Shown here: positions 1 through 14,539 of the stretch, in pieces
How positions within the stretch are numbered: the stretch's first letter is position 1
Layout: the number at the start of each line of letters is the position of its first letter
From: Prorocentrum cordatum
Lineage: Eukaryota
Length of the DNA stretch: 64,000 nt
Direction of reading: 5' to 3'
NCBI GenBank assembly: GCA_963575745.1
Contig: CAUYUJ010000153.1
Location: forward strand, 1-64,000
Translations under genes and position numbers: made by a program
Notes under the pieces: generated by a model
What the model saw: only the letters and a program-made list of their open reading frames with translations
Databases searched by the model: none
What the model was told of the DNA's origin: nothing

Positions 1-462
1 ACATACATACATACATACATACATACATACATACATACATACATACATACATACATACATACATACATACATACATACATAAATACATACATGCATGCAT
101 ACATACATACATACATACATACACGCACGCACGCACGCACGCACACACACATACATACATACATACATACACACATACATACATACATACATACATACAT
201 ACATGCATGCATGCATGCATGCATGCATGCATGCACATGCATACATACATGCATGCACGCATGCATACATACATACATACATACATACATACATACATAC
301 ACAAATACATACATACACACACATACATACATACATACATACATTACATACATACATACTTACATACATACATACATACATACATACATGCATGCATGCA
401 TGCATACCTACACATATACATACATACATACATGCATACATACATACATACATACATACATG
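1..462. repeat. (TACA)n/(TGCA)n microsatellite
   Basis: Direct tetranucleotide repeats; the overlapping HTYI ORFs are artefacts. Confidence 0.95.
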
Positions 463-1111
463 CACTTGCGGGGTCTCGCGCCAGAGACACAACAACCTCG
501 CGCGCACTTATCTGGTCGATTGCCCAAGGATGTGCGCGCAAGGTGGAGCGACCCGCTCTTAAAAGTAAAGCAAAGCATCAAATTCACTGGGCTGACCGCA
601 GGCGGACGTCACCTGCAAGCCAGCATTGCAGCCTGATGCGCCTTGGCGCGAACGGCACACATACTGAGGCGCCGACCAATTCCCTTTCTGAACATTCGAA
701 CGCCAACAATGAAACTCCGCCACCCTGTCGCAGGCACGTTGGGGCCATATGAGAGCGCTCGTTGGCTTTCGGGAAATGTTTCTGCTGTTCTCTGGGAGCG
801 ACGCCCCCCCGCCGCGCGCGTCCACAAAATCGCGCCCTCTGCGCTTTGCTCCACGGCTCCACGGCGCCCTGAGCCAGAGACCGCCTCAAAACGGCCGCAA
901 GACTCCCCAAGCCCGTCCAAAGACGGCCCAGCGGACTCTGTTGGCCCTCTCTTGAAATCCCGTTGGGATTTCTTGGGACCCTCTTGGGCGGACTCCGGAA
1001 CCTCTGGGGCCGTTTTTGGGGTCCTGTTGGGCCGTCCTCGAGCCCTAGGAAGGGGGGGGGAGGAGGGGCCAGGCGGAGCGAAACAAACGATTGTCTCCGC
1101 AGCAAGCAGAT

Positions 1112-1570
1112 AGAATCCGAGGTTGGGAAAGAGATCGACGTGAACAAGAGACCCCCCGCCAAGAAGTCGTTTTCGGTTTCGTGTCGTGCGTGTGGGCGAG
1201 GCGAGGCTGCTTCGGCGGGCGAGGGGGATGATCCCGCCGTGCTCAGGCAAAACCGAACAAAATTCTGCTGCGCCCCCCGGTTGGCCAGTGGTTGCCCGGG
1301 GGTGTCCCGCGGTGTCCCGTGGTGTGACAGAATCCGAGGTTGGGAAAGAGATCGAAGTGAACAGGAGCCCCCCGCCAGGAAATCGTTTTCGGTTTCGTGT
1401 TCGTGTCGCGCGTGTGGGCGCGGCGAAGCTGCGTCGGAAGGCGAGAGGAAAGAACCATCTGTGCTTACGGCAAAACTGGGCCAAATTTTGCTGCGCCCCC
1501 CGGTTGGCCAACAGTGGACCGGGGGTGGCTGGCGGTGGCCTTGGGGTGTCCCGCGGTGTCCCGCGGTGTC
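1112..1570. repeat. Two-copy ~220 bp tandem duplication
   Basis: AGAATCCGAGGTTGGGAAAGAGATCGA begins both copies (~1112 and ~1329), with similar downstream sequence. Confidence 0.85.
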
Positions 1571-1584
1571 TCGTCGTGTCTGGT

Positions 1585-1857
1585 GCTATGCGATGCTGTG
1601 CTGTGCTGTGCTATGCCATGCTGTACAATTCTACGCTATGTTATCAATGCGATGCTAAATTATGCGGTATGATGCGATGCGATACTATGCTGCGCAATGC
1701 GATGCTATGCTATGCTACGCCGTACTGTGCCATGCGATGCTATGCTATTATATGCGATGCGATGCGATGCGATGACATGCTATGCAATGCTATGTTGTGC
1801 TATGATACGCGATGCTCGTCTATGCTGTGCTATGCGATGCTATGCGATGCTATGTTG
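1585..1857. repeat. (TGCTA/TGCGA)n pentanucleotide repeat
   Basis: Degenerate pentamer array. Confidence 0.9.
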
Positions 1858-2255
1858 TAGCTCCAGTTGGTCCCCCTTCCTCCCCCACACCGCCACACAC
1901 ACAACCTCCTTATCACCCGAAGGGTGGTCGTACATGTAGGTATGCACTGGCAGGATCTCGCGGCCAGAGACGCAACCGCCTCGCGCACACTTGCCTGGAA
2001 CAGGGAGGGATGGGGAGGAATGGGAACGATCTGGAGAAGCGGGGAGGGGTATGGGTGAGGTTGCCCCTTGTGGGCCTCTTGGACGTCTCAGAGGCGCTCC
2101 TGGGATCCCAGGCGCACTACGGAAGTCGTCTTGCGGGATCTGTGGACGTCTTGGGTGCGATCCTGGGAGCTTCTTGGGCCGTCTTGGAGGCCTTGTTGGG
2201 ATGTCTTGCGGCGCTCTTGGGGTTCTCTGAGGCCGTCGTGGACGCTATTTACTTC

Positions 2256-2826
2256 TATACATATAGATATACATATATACATACATACATACATACATAC
2301 ATACATACATACATACATGCATACATGCATACATGCATACATGCATACATGCATACATACATACATACATACGTGCATGCATGCATGCATGCATGCATAC
2401 ATACATACATACATACATACATACACATACATACATACATACAGACAGACATACATACATACGACATACGTACGTACGTACGTACGTACATACATACATA
2501 CATACATACATACATGCGTGCATGCAGGCATGCATACATACATACATACACACGTACATACATACATCCACACATACATACATACATACATGCATACATA
2601 CATACATATACATACATACATACATACATGCATGCATGCATGCATGCATGCATGCATGCATACATACATACATACATACATACATACATACATACATACA
2701 TACATACATACATGCATACGTACATATATACATACCTACATACATACATACATGCATGCATGCATGCATACATACATACGCACATAAACCTACGCACCCA
2801 TATATATACATACATATACATACATA
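2256..2826. repeat. (TACA)n/(TGCA)n microsatellite
   Basis: Direct repeats. Confidence 0.95.
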
Positions 2827-4919
2827 TTGGAAGGCTTCTGGGCCGTGTATTGACATTGTTGGGCCTGTTCTGCCTCTTGGTACCCTCTTGGGAAGGCCTC
2901 TTGGAGACCGCTAGCCGCGTTTTGGAGGCCACTGAAGCCGTCTTGGGATCATCGTGGGCGTCTTGGAGCGATCTTTCGGCGTCTCGGGGCCCTCTGGGAC
3001 CACTTGGGGGCCTCCTCGGCCTTCTTGGGGCCGTCTCGGAGCCCCTGGGGACGCCGCCAGGGGAGGGACACACGCATATACAAGGGAGGTTCCGGCCCGG
3101 GGCGCGGGGGCCCGGATCTCCCATATATGTATATTCTTCGAAAGCTCAGGAGGAAAAGGAAGAGGAGGAGGAGGAGGAGGAAGAGGAGGAGGAGAAGGAG
3201 AGGAAGGAGAGAAAGAGGAGGAGGAGGAGGAGGAGGAGGAGGAGGAGGAGGAGGAGGAGGAGGGAGGAGGGGCAGGAGGAGGAAGAGGACGAGAAGGAGG
3301 AGGAAGAACAGGAGGAGGAGGAGGAGAAGGAGGAGGAGAAGGCAAGTTTGGAAGGAGAAGGGGGGTGAGAAGGGGCGGGCCTTCTCAGAAGGCTCGGAAG
3401 TCCCCCGGACTTCTGAGAAGTTTTCTAAGCCTTCCCCGAAGACACAAAAAACTTCTCAGAAGCCGCAAGGACTTCTGAGAAGTCCCACCGCCTTCTGCGA
3501 AGCCCCTCTCCTTCTCACTTCCCCCCCTCGCTCGCCGCCGAAAGACGGCTCAAGAGACCCCCAGGACGGCCCAATAGGGCCCCTAAGACAGGCCCAAGGA
3601 GCGAGCCGAGACGGGGGAGCCCGAACGCAAGTGACCCCCGTTTGGAGTTCCGACGCCGCTTCACGACGGCGCCCGGGCCTCACAGCAGAGCTCTTGCATG
3701 CCCCTCCGAGACACACTGGGTGTTGCTAGAAGCGCCCCTGGCCCAGGGTGCCCCCGGCTTTTCGCTCCGTCTTGGAGTCCCTGGGGCCCTCTGGGCCTCG
3801 TGATGGGGGGCCCTGGAGGCCGCCTGGGCCACCCTGAGAAGCCTGGGGGTACCTTGGGCCAGGGGTACTTCTAGCAACACCCGAAGAGAGGGGGCCGGCG
3901 GCAGGGGAAGACTTCCTTCCAGATGCTTACAAGTACGAGGAGCCGAACAAGAGGGATCGAGCTGCGCATGCACAGTAGTCTAGGCTGGTGGTGACGTGAC
4001 CTGACTTGCCAGATGTTCGTCTCGGACCCCAAAAGGGCAACAGCCTCACGGGGAAGCTGGGCCGCTTAGGACCTCTTCCACCACGGAGAGCTCCATGCCC
4101 CGCCACTTCTTCACTCGGCGACCCGCCGAGCCGATCCCAGTCTCGGCCACCTGGCTCGTAGTCCAAAACCTGTTTGAGTTTCCGCTCTAGCCATGGCTTT
4201 AGCCGAGATAGAGGAGAGGAGAAGGAGGAGGAGGAGGAGGAGGAGGAGGAGAAGAAGAAGGAGGAGGAGGAGGAGGAGGAGGAGGAGGAGAAGCGGGACG
4301 CCGACGACGGCGACGACGACGACCCCGCAAAAAGCAGCTTTCGATCGGGCGCGCGGGCGCCCCCACGTGCGTGTGGCCAGCGGCCAGCAGCGAAAAAAAA
4401 AAGGCCCTGACTCTCATTCGGCACATTTTTGGGGGGTGGACAGAACCCCTAGGGCTCCCAACTTCGCGCTTCGCGCTGCGCGAAGCGCGAAGCGCGAATA
4501 ACTTCGCGCTCTCGCGCCGCCCCCCCAAAGGGAGAAAAGGAGGACGAGGAGGAGGGGGAGAAGGAGCGAGGACCGCGAAGCGCGAAGCGCGAATACTTCG
4601 CGCCCTCAGTGGAGCCCTTGTTTTTGGGGGTGGACAGAACCCCCACAGTGACACATCGATTAGTGAATTGTACCGTTTTCGGTTCTTCTCGAGAGGGCGC
4701 CGTGGCCGTTTATGTTTCCATGCTGGCGCACCGACAGGTTTGTCCCTCAGGTCGTTTCACGATATACACAACTAGATGTGTGTATATATACTTTAATAAC
4801 TATGAACCACTCGCGGCGCGCTTCGCGCGCGCTTAGGTTCTAGCCGTGGCCACGGAACAGCTCCGAACACGGTATGACCAGGCACAGGTCCAAGTATGTG
4901 GCGTTAGCCCAGAAAACCG

Positions 4920-5017
4920 ACCTCCTCCCCGTCCTCCTCCTCCCCCTCTGCCTCCTCCTGCCTCTCCGCCCCCTCCTCCCCCTCCCCCTCCTTCCCTCCC
5001 CCCTCCCCCTCCTCCTC

Positions 5018-5048
<31 letters not shown>

Positions 5049-5682
5049 TTGTCCTCCTCCCCCTCCTCCTCCTCCTCCTCCCCCTCCTCCTCCTTCTCCT
5101 CCCCCTCCTTCTCCTTCCCCTCCTCCCCCCGTCCTTTTCCTTCCCCTCCTCCCCCTCCCCCCCTCCTCCTCCCCCTCTTTCCTCCCCCCCCCCTCTCCCC
5201 TTCCGCATCCTCCGACTCGTCGTCGTCCTCCTCCTTCTCCTCCTCCGCCTCCTCCTCCTCGTCCTCCTCGTCCTCCTGTTCCTCCTCCTCCTCCCTCCTC
5301 TCCACTCCCGTCCTCCTCCATATTATCCCCCCCCTCCTCCCCCTCTCCTCCTTTTCCCCCTCCTCTACCTCCTCCTCCTCCTCCTCCTCCTCCTCCTCCT
5401 CCTCCTCCTCCTCCTCCTCCTCCTCCTCCTCTTCCTTGTCCTCCTCCTCCTCATCTTCATCATCCTCCTTCTCCTACTCATCCTCATCATCATCCTCCCT
5501 CCCCCTCATATCCCTCCTCCTCCCGCCTCCCTCCTCCTCCTCCTCCTCCTCCTCCTTTTCCTCTTCCTCCCTCTCTTCTTCCTCCTCCTCTTCCTCCATC
5601 TCCGCCTGCTCCTCGTCCTCCTCCTCCTCCTCCTCCTCCTCCTCCTCCTCCTTATCCCTCTTCCTCATCCCCCTCCTCCACC
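4920..5682. repeat. (CCT)n-rich polypyrimidine low-complexity tract
   Basis: Trinucleotide/homopolymer runs; similar (GAG/CCT)n tracts at ~3150-3350, 17620-17950, 43700-44215, 49800-50440 and 60340-60950. Confidence 0.9.
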
Positions 5683-6701
5683 TCGCAAAACACTCGACGC
5701 CGGGATGTGTTCACAACGTGGGCCCAGCATATCCGGACGACTTCCCGGGGCCGCCTGTTCATCCCGCCTTGTGTCTTACGGTCCAGGGGCCCGCAAGGGC
5801 CCCCTGGAGGCTGGAACTTGTGCAAAAGCTTCCCGTCGTGTTTTTTCGTCCCGACGCGAGGTGGGAGCAAAGAAAAGCGACACCACCACCACCACCAGGG
5901 CGAGGAGCCAGGGGATGCCCCCTGGTGGTGTGGCCACACCTCCCCGCTCGAGACATCCCCACCCTCCAGCTTGAAGGGGCATCGCGGACCTTCTCGATGA
6001 AGGTGGCTCCCCTGGTGGTGGTGGTGGTGGTGGTGGTGGTGGTGGTGGTGGTGGAGGTGGTGGTGGTGGTGGTGGTGGTGGTGGTGGTGGTGGTGGTGGT
6101 GGTGGTGGTGGTGGTGGTGTCGCTTCTCCTTCCCCGAGCGAGAGGGACTGGGTCCTGCACTCTGCTCCGGGCCTCAACGGCCTCCGGACGGGAGGCGCCC
6201 GCCCTCGAGGGCGGCGCGGCTGGCCCGACGCGACGCCGACGGCGTTCCCTCGGGGCCTCTCCTGCTTTTCATTTTGGGGGAGCCGGTTTCGGAACCAGGG
6301 GCCGTCGAGAAACAGGAACCGGGGCAAAAAACTACTCCAAGAAGATGCGAATGCGGCCCCGGTCGGGCCGGGGCGGGGGGAACGCAGCCCCGGGAGGGAG
6401 GGAGGGTGGGAGGAAGGAGCAGCAGGAGAAGGAGGGAGCAGGAGGAAGCGAGTCAGAAGGCGGGATCGTGTGCATCCTGAAGGACGCGTCATGAACCTGT
6501 GAATTTCCCACCTAATATTTGTACTACCACGGTCAGGGGAGAAGCAGATCCCACGGGGAATGCAATGGCATCGGGGTAGAGCAAGGCAAGACCGATCTCT
6601 GGGAGCTGGTGGTAAGCCACGATGACTTCCGAACCCTCAACAAGCTTCCTAAAACCACTCCATCTTCTCCTCGTCGTCGTCGTCCTCCTCTTCCTCCTCC
6701 T

Positions 6702-6732
<31 letters not shown>

Positions 6733-7949
6733 GCCGGGGCCCGCGATGGTGGAAAATAGCCTCCACAAGGCACGGCGCCCACCCGGGGCCGAAGACTGAC
6801 GATGAACCAAGGGAACATGGGATCCAGCAGCGTCTCCCGCGAGACCAGCACAGGGGGAGAGACCACCAGCATGGCCCATGGCATCTGTTTGTCGCGCACC
6901 CGTGACATGCATCTTGGGAGCCCTTCGGGGGCTTCTGGCGGCGTCTGGGGGGCCTCCGGGGCGCTTCTTGGAGTCTCCTGGGAGCTTTCTGGGGCCGAAG
7001 GCTCGAACAGTCCGTTCGGATTCCCTGTCTGGGTCCCTTCTTAGAGCCGTCTTGGGGCTATCTTGGACCGTCTTGGAGGCCTCTTGGGCTGCTTGGGTCC
7101 CTCGTGGGCTGTCTTGGGGCCGTCTTGGGAGCCTCTTGGGCCGTCTTTGGGCGATCTCGGGAATCTCTTTGGCTATCTTGGAGCGCCAGGAAGCCGCAAA
7201 GGTGAGAACCACAAAACAACCTCCCACCAAACCCTTGAAAAACAACAATTGTTAGCCTCTTGTGGCCCTCTTGAAAAAGCCTCTTGGAGGCCTTTGGGGG
7301 TGTCTTGGAAGCCTCTTGGGCCGTGTAGGGACTATCTTGACTGTATTGGACCGATCTTGTGGCGTCTCGGAGCCCTCATGGACATCTTGGGTGCTTCCTG
7401 AGGCCGTCTTGGAGGCCTTCTGGAGGCCTCCTGGGCCGTCTGGAGGCCCCTTGGAGGCGCCAGGGCGGGGGTATTGAAAAAGGAGGGCCCAAGGGGTTTG
7501 AGGTGGGCGGGGCCCCCGGGCTGGGGACCTGGTATTCATGCATCCACATATATCCTCTGGGGGCCTCCTTGGCGCCTTCTGGCGGTCTTCTGTGAGGCCC
7601 CGGGGCTCTCCGAGGGCCCCGGGGCCCACATTTGCGGCCGTCTTGGGCCTTTCGTGGGCCGTCCTGGAGCTCTCTGGGGCTGTATTGGGTCCCTCTGGGG
7701 CGCGTCCTGGGCCGGACCGACAGCGAAAACAAGCAATATGTTAAACATATACGTTTTACAAAGACATATACGTTTTACAAAGGATATGGGGCTATTTTGG
7801 CCCCTTGGGGCTCTCTTTGGGGCCCAATTGGGGGTCGCTTGGGGTGTCTTGGGGGCTTCTGAAGCCTCCTTGGCGGGGCTGCCCGAGGGCCCCGGGCCCA
7901 CATTTGCGGCCGTCTTGGGCACTTCGTGGGCCGTCCTGGAGCTCTCTCC

Positions 7950-8845
7950 TTGTAGGGCCACGAAACAATGTACTGGGTGGGGGAGACGCATGCGCCACTG
8001 GAACCTTCGGTGGAGCTCCCAACGGGGCCACGAAGCGCTGCACTGGTGGGGGAGACGCATGCGGGCTGCGCCACTGGACCTTCGTCGGAGCTCCCTATAA
8101 GGCCACAAAGCGAAGTACTCGGTGGGTGAGACGCATGCGGGCTGCGCAATTGAGACCCTCGGTGGAGCTCCCTATGGGGCCACGAAATGCTGTATTGGGT
8201 GGGAGGGACTCATGCGGGGTGCGCTAGTGGAACCTTCGGTGGAGCTCCCTATGTGGCCACGATCGGTGTACTTGGTGTGGGAGACGCATGCGGGGTGCGC
8301 CACTGGGGCCTTCGGTGGAGCTCCCCATGGGGCCACGAAGCGCTGTACCGGGTGTGGCGGACGCATGCGGGCTGCGCCACTGGGACCTTCGGAGGAGCTC
8401 CATAGGGCCCTTTCGGGCCGTCCTGTGCGCCTCTGGCGCCGTCTTGGGGCCCCCTTGGGCCGTCTTGGGGCCGTATTCGAAGCCCCTGTGGCTGTCTTGG
8501 AGCGGACAATATGACATCTTGGGTCGTCGTGGAGCGTCAGAACACTGAAAAGGCGAGAACTTGGAACTCCTTCCAAAACCTTTGGAAAATCATTAACAAG
8601 TTGTGCCTCGCGGGACTCCTTTGGAGGCATCTTATCTAGGAGGTTTCTGGGGGCGTCATGGAGGCCTCTTGGATAGTCAGGGGCTAATTCTGGCCGCCTT
8701 GGCCGTCTTGGCCGTCATTGGTCGTTCCCGCAATCTGGAAGCGCCATGTTTGGCGATCCTGGGGCCGTCTTCGGGCGATCTTAGGGGGCCCCCGGCGCCT
8801 CGGCAAAACCCCCGGAACTTCCCAGTCCCCCAGATGGGGACACAT
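7950..8845 (+). repeat. Dispersed repeat copy 1: ~75-78 bp tandem units plus shared ~440 bp tail
   Basis: Unit approx. CTTCGGTGGAGCTCCCTATGGGGCCACGAAGCGCTGTACTGGGTGGGGGAGACGCATGCGGGCTGCGCCACTGGGAC, about 6 copies; tail homologous to 19230-19665. Confidence 0.9.
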
Positions 8846-8863
8846 GTTTGGGGACCGCGGGTC

Positions 8864-8911
<48 letters not shown>

Positions 8912-9524
8912 CACACGCACCTCTCCGAGGGAGTAGAGCTCAGAGCCGATTAGTGCGTACGCGGGGCGCCGCGTCCGCGATTTGTCTGGCCGTTTTGCTA
9001 GGGACATCCTCGAAATTCTGAAAATCGGTGTCACCCCTAACGCAGATCGTGACGTCAGGGTCCAAAAACACATGGGGAATTTCATCATTCTAACATAAAA
9101 CCTCCAAAAAGCACATTGTAATTTCAATGATTTTAACCCCGATTCGCAAAGAATTGCGATTTCGCCTAAGACATCCTCCCAAAATCGAGCCCCGACGTAC
9201 CTTCTGGTACCCCAGACCCCGCCTCGGAGCCTCTTGGGAACCTCCTGGAACCTCCTGGGGCCTCCTGGGGCTTTCTGTACCTTCTGGTACCCCAGACCCC
9301 GCATTGGAGCCTCCTGGGGGTCTCCTGGAACCTCCTGGGGCCTCCTGCGGCCTCCTGGAGCCTATTGGGGCCTCCTGGAGCCTCCTGGGGTCTTCTGGAG
9401 CCTCCTGGGGTCTTCTGGGGCCTCCTGAGGCCGCCTGGGGCCTCCTGGGGCCTCCTGGGGCCTCGGAACTACATGCGCACACAAAGACACAAATCACACC
9501 CAACACATCACACGCTAGACAAAC

Positions 9525-10545
<1,021 letters not shown>

Positions 10546-11140
10546 CTCCCGGGGCCTCCTGGAGCCTTTCCCGGTATCCAGGTCGGGCCTCCTGACGTTT
10601 CCCGGGGGGCCCTGGTGCACGCATCGCAAGGTGTGGCAAACCCCGCTTGCGCTCGATTGCGACCACGATATTAGATTCTGTTGCGTTCACCTCCTGCCAC
10701 TTCCCCTTTTCTTAGGCACGCCCTGGCGGCGCCGCCCCAGCGCCGCCCCAGCTTCCCTCCATCTCCGATCCTGCAGTCATGGTGTTTTCCGGCTTCAAAC
10801 GCCCTTTCAGTTTGTTGTATGAACCTGGGCACGCACGCGCCACGTGTATATATATATATATATGTATATGTATATGTGTGTATACACAAATGTCTAGATG
10901 CATGTATAGTCGCACACACACATCCATACATACATGCATTCATACGTACATACATACATACATACACACATACATGCAAACAAACATACAAACACACATG
11001 CGCACGTACATACAAGCATACGTACACACATGCATACATGCATGCATTCACACATACATACACATACATACCTATAGTTATGCATATATGCATGCACCTA
11101 TATAGGAGTGTATACTGTATACAGGTATATATATGTATAT

Positions 11141-14100
11141 TTATATATAGCATGATGCCAGAAAAGTGGCGCGCGGGGGCCAGGTAAGCGCCACGGCCCG
11201 CAGGGCCTGGCGTGGCACTGCGCGAGACTTTCCTCTCCCGCGCACCCCTGGCCTTGGCGGCGGCCTTCGCTCCTCCAAGATTGCGCCCTGGCCGCCCGCT
11301 TGGCGACAGAGCCGACGACTGTTGCAGACGGGCGGGCTGGATCTGCGACGCTCGCCTGGGCCGCCTCCTGCGCCGCCGCAGCGAGATCGGGGGCGGCCTC
11401 CGCGAGACGGCGAGTGCGCTGGCTCGGGGAAGCGGCCGCCATAGCGTCGATGGCAGCTGCTCGCTTGCGACCGAAGCCTACCTCTGACCGACGTCTTGGC
11501 CGAGGCTCCCTCGTAATTCCCTTGTCGGTCTCTCGGCCCTCCTCGCTGCTGCGGTCTTTCAAATTGAGCGCTCGTGTTGCTGGAGCACGCGCCTGCGCCG
11601 GCGCCTGCCAGGCTCGCCCCGCTCGCGCTGCTCCAGCCACGCGCGCGGGAACTGCCGGGGGACGCCGCGCCCGCGAGAGCGCAGTCCTCCGCGGGCACGT
11701 CGAGCATTCGAACCCTGTCGGGGCAATGGCGCTCGGAGAAACGGCGCAATCGCCGCCCCACGTTGCCCGTGGACGTCTTCCACACGAAGAAGAGCTCCAC
11801 CGGCCGCCGGCCGCTGGCACTCTCAGGCCACTCCGCTGCACCGCGGCCCAAGCCTGCCGCGCGGTGCCCCCATCTCGACGATGCATCTCGGCGCGCTTCA
11901 AAATGCGCCGCAGCTGGGCGATGGCCTGCCGCTTAGGAAGGCCTGCCCCCGTGCAGATGCGCATCAAACATGCCTTGGCCTCTGGCGCAGACTCAGTTGC
12001 GCCCGCGTCTGTTGCAGACAAAGAAGAAGGCAAACGGGGCGCCGCACAAGCATGCGACCAATAATGATCTGGCCGATGCAGCTTCATGTTCTCCTTCGCG
12101 TTCGCCGCGATCACCTGCGCCCGTCGCTCGGCCGCGCGGGCGGTTTCCCTGGCCCGGGGCGCCGCGATCAAATCGCCGACGCTTACAATGTGCGCGCTGT
12201 TGCGGCATGGGCACCTGGGCATCTGCCGCAAAAGCTCGAGGGCGATGACAATGGAACTGCAGGGGGCGCCCAACGTCGCCCCATCGATGAACAACGCGTT
12301 CAGCCTGGCGAGGAACGAGGCGGCCCTGGCATGGGCGGCGGCGGCGGCGGGGTCGTCAGCGCCCCCAGTTGCGGCCCGCGAGTAATGCTCCGCCGCCAAG
12401 TCCGCCGGCAAGCCGCCGAGCCGCAGACGCGAGCTGTTCTCGCCTCCGAGCCCTTCCAGGAAAGATCGGGCGCGAATGCGCCGATCCTCGCTCTCCTTGG
12501 ATTCCTCTCCGAGCGCATTGAGTGCGACGCTCCAACGTCGGCTTTCCCGCGCCAGGGGCCCCGCCCGACTGTTGAAACGCTGGGGGGGCCCAACCATAGT
12601 TTTGGGCGAACGCGATCTCGCCTTCCAGCTGGCGCGCCCCCGCTGCGGTGCGGAACGCGCTGGGCGCAGTCAGACACCTGGCCAGACTTGGAGGCTGCTT
12701 GCCCGTTACCCGCTGCATGTCAGATATCGCGATATCGCTGCCCTCCTTTGTCATTGAATTGCCGAGCAGCTTCTGGGCCGAATGCGCTTCGCCCCATGCG
12801 TGAAACGCCAGCCGCGAGAACGTGCCCGTTGCAGCCAGGGGTGCGTATTGATCCGCCCCATCGCTGCACCATGCCCGCATCTCCTCTCGCACATGCTCGT
12901 GCAGCTCCACGCCCGCCCCCCCCCCTGCCGCCTGGCCCGCGCGACGCGCGCGTTCCTCCAGCATGGGGGCCTTGCCGTCGCAATCCACGGCCCGCGGGAA
13001 CTCCCGCGCCCCGCTCGCCCGGTCCACGATCCAGGTCCCTTCAGGGCCCAGCTGTTCCAGCCAGCCTGCCCTGAGACCGTCGCTCGGGAGAAAGTCCAGG
13101 GTCTTTGGAATAGACCGCAGCGCGGTGCCGATCTCGGCCCGGCACGCGCGGTCGAGACCGTCCGCGCCAACCGAAAACCACACTCTCTTTGAGAATCCTC
13201 TGGGTTCTGAGTTTTTCGCATTGAGCCATTACGGACACCACCTGGCGGCGCTCTTGCGAAGACTCCAAAGCTCCGCGGTAGCCCCCGAGCCGAGGAACGC
13301 GCCCCGCCGCGCATCGAAACTTCTGATGGAACTGGACGTCTCCAAGAGTGCGCGGGCGGCGGCCACTGCGCGGCAACCAGGGCGCGGGTCGGCAGCTGTT
13401 GCGGTTTGGGACGGCTGTGGCTGTTGCGCAGCTGTTGCAGCTGATATCCAAGAAGCTGTCGCGGCTGCTGCGGCTTGGAACGCCTGCACGGGGGGGCCCT
13501 AGTGCGCGCCTCCCAATCGAACCCGCTCTTGCCGCGCCGCTTCTGCTGCCTGGCACCCCTCGCTCTGCGCGTAGTGCACGAGGTTCTCGCGACGTCGGAA
13601 ACTCCCGCCACCCTGGCCAATGGTGGATTTGCAACGAGAGCACGTGAACGCCGAGCACAACAAGCATACTGCAAATTGACCACCTGCGCAGCCCATGCAA
13701 GTTTCAGGCTTCAGGGTTACTGGGCTCGTCGCAGACAGGGTGGCGCTCCAAGACATCTTGTTGCTGGAGCAGCTGCCCTCTGCGGAGCCGCGGCTGGAGC
13801 TGCTGCTGGAACCGCTGCTGGAGACATGTTTGCAACCGTCGGCCTCGGCAACTCCAGCGGCGTCGGCAACTCCGTCGGCGTAGTCGGCGTCGGCGTCGTC
13901 GGCGTCGGACACTACTACGTCGGCTTCGGCGCCCGAGCTGTTGCAACCAGGGCTCGAAGGGGCCGCAGGACTCGAGGGGGCCTCAGGGCTCGAGGGGGCC
14001 GCGCGGCTCGAAGAAGTCGCGGGGCTCGAGGAGGCCGCGCGGCTCGAGGGGGCCGCGCGGCTCGATGAAACCGCGCGGCTCGAGGGGGCCGCAAGTCTCG

Positions 14101-14252
14101 AGGAGGCCGCGGGGCTCGATGGGGCCGCGCGGCTCGAAGGGGCCGCACGGCTCGAGGAAGCCGCGCGGCTCGAGGGGGCCGCGCGGTTTGAGGAGGCCGC
14201 AGGGCTGAAGTGGGCCGCGCGGCTCGAAAAGGGGCGCAGGGGACGACGACAT
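11141..14252 (-). pseudogene. Decayed hAT-like (DDE) DNA transposase with N-terminal Zn-finger-like region
   Basis: In order across frameshifted ORFs: 18-nt repeat region (13950-14240); CLLCS...RRENLVHYAQS (TTF/BED-like); ADGLDR (D1); WCSDGAD (D2); HAWGEAHS (CxxH-like); QRFNSR (TRWxS-like); KTSTGNVGRRL (dimerisation-domain SxxxER-like, E lost). Confidence 0.6.
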
Positions 14253-14259
14253 TGCCTGG

Positions 14260-14279
14260 CTTGAGCCATGTCGTACGGA
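14260..14279 (-). other. DinoSL-like relic upstream of hAT-like ORF
   Basis: Minus strand TCCGTAcgacaTGGCTCAAG, 7 nt before ATG at 14252. Confidence 0.7.
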
Positions 14280-14354
14280 AGATGATGGTGGCGGTGACGG
14301 TGACGGTGACGGTGACGGTGACGGTGATGGTGATTGTGATGGTGATGGTGATGG

Positions 14355-14419
<65 letters not shown>

Positions 14420-14539
14420 GTGATGGTGCTGGTGGTGATGGAGATGATATGTGTTCTCTCTCTGAAATAGGATGGTCACCATCATCACCATCGACAACAG
14501 CATCACCAGGAAAACCAGACTGGTTTTCCTGGAGATCCC

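Noticed and set aside
630..660. Hammerhead-ribozyme-like CTGATG..GAAC
   Set aside because: Lacks the CUGAnGA/GAAA core and supporting stems
91..6494. Long ORFs rich in HTYI, poly-P/E/S/R
   Set aside because: Translations of microsatellites that are open in several frames
6470..6910. Possible exon fragments
   Set aside because: Complex sequence, but stops in most frames and no recognisable motif
7950..8400. CRISPR-like repeat-spacer array
   Set aside because: The whole unit is repeated; there are no unique spacers
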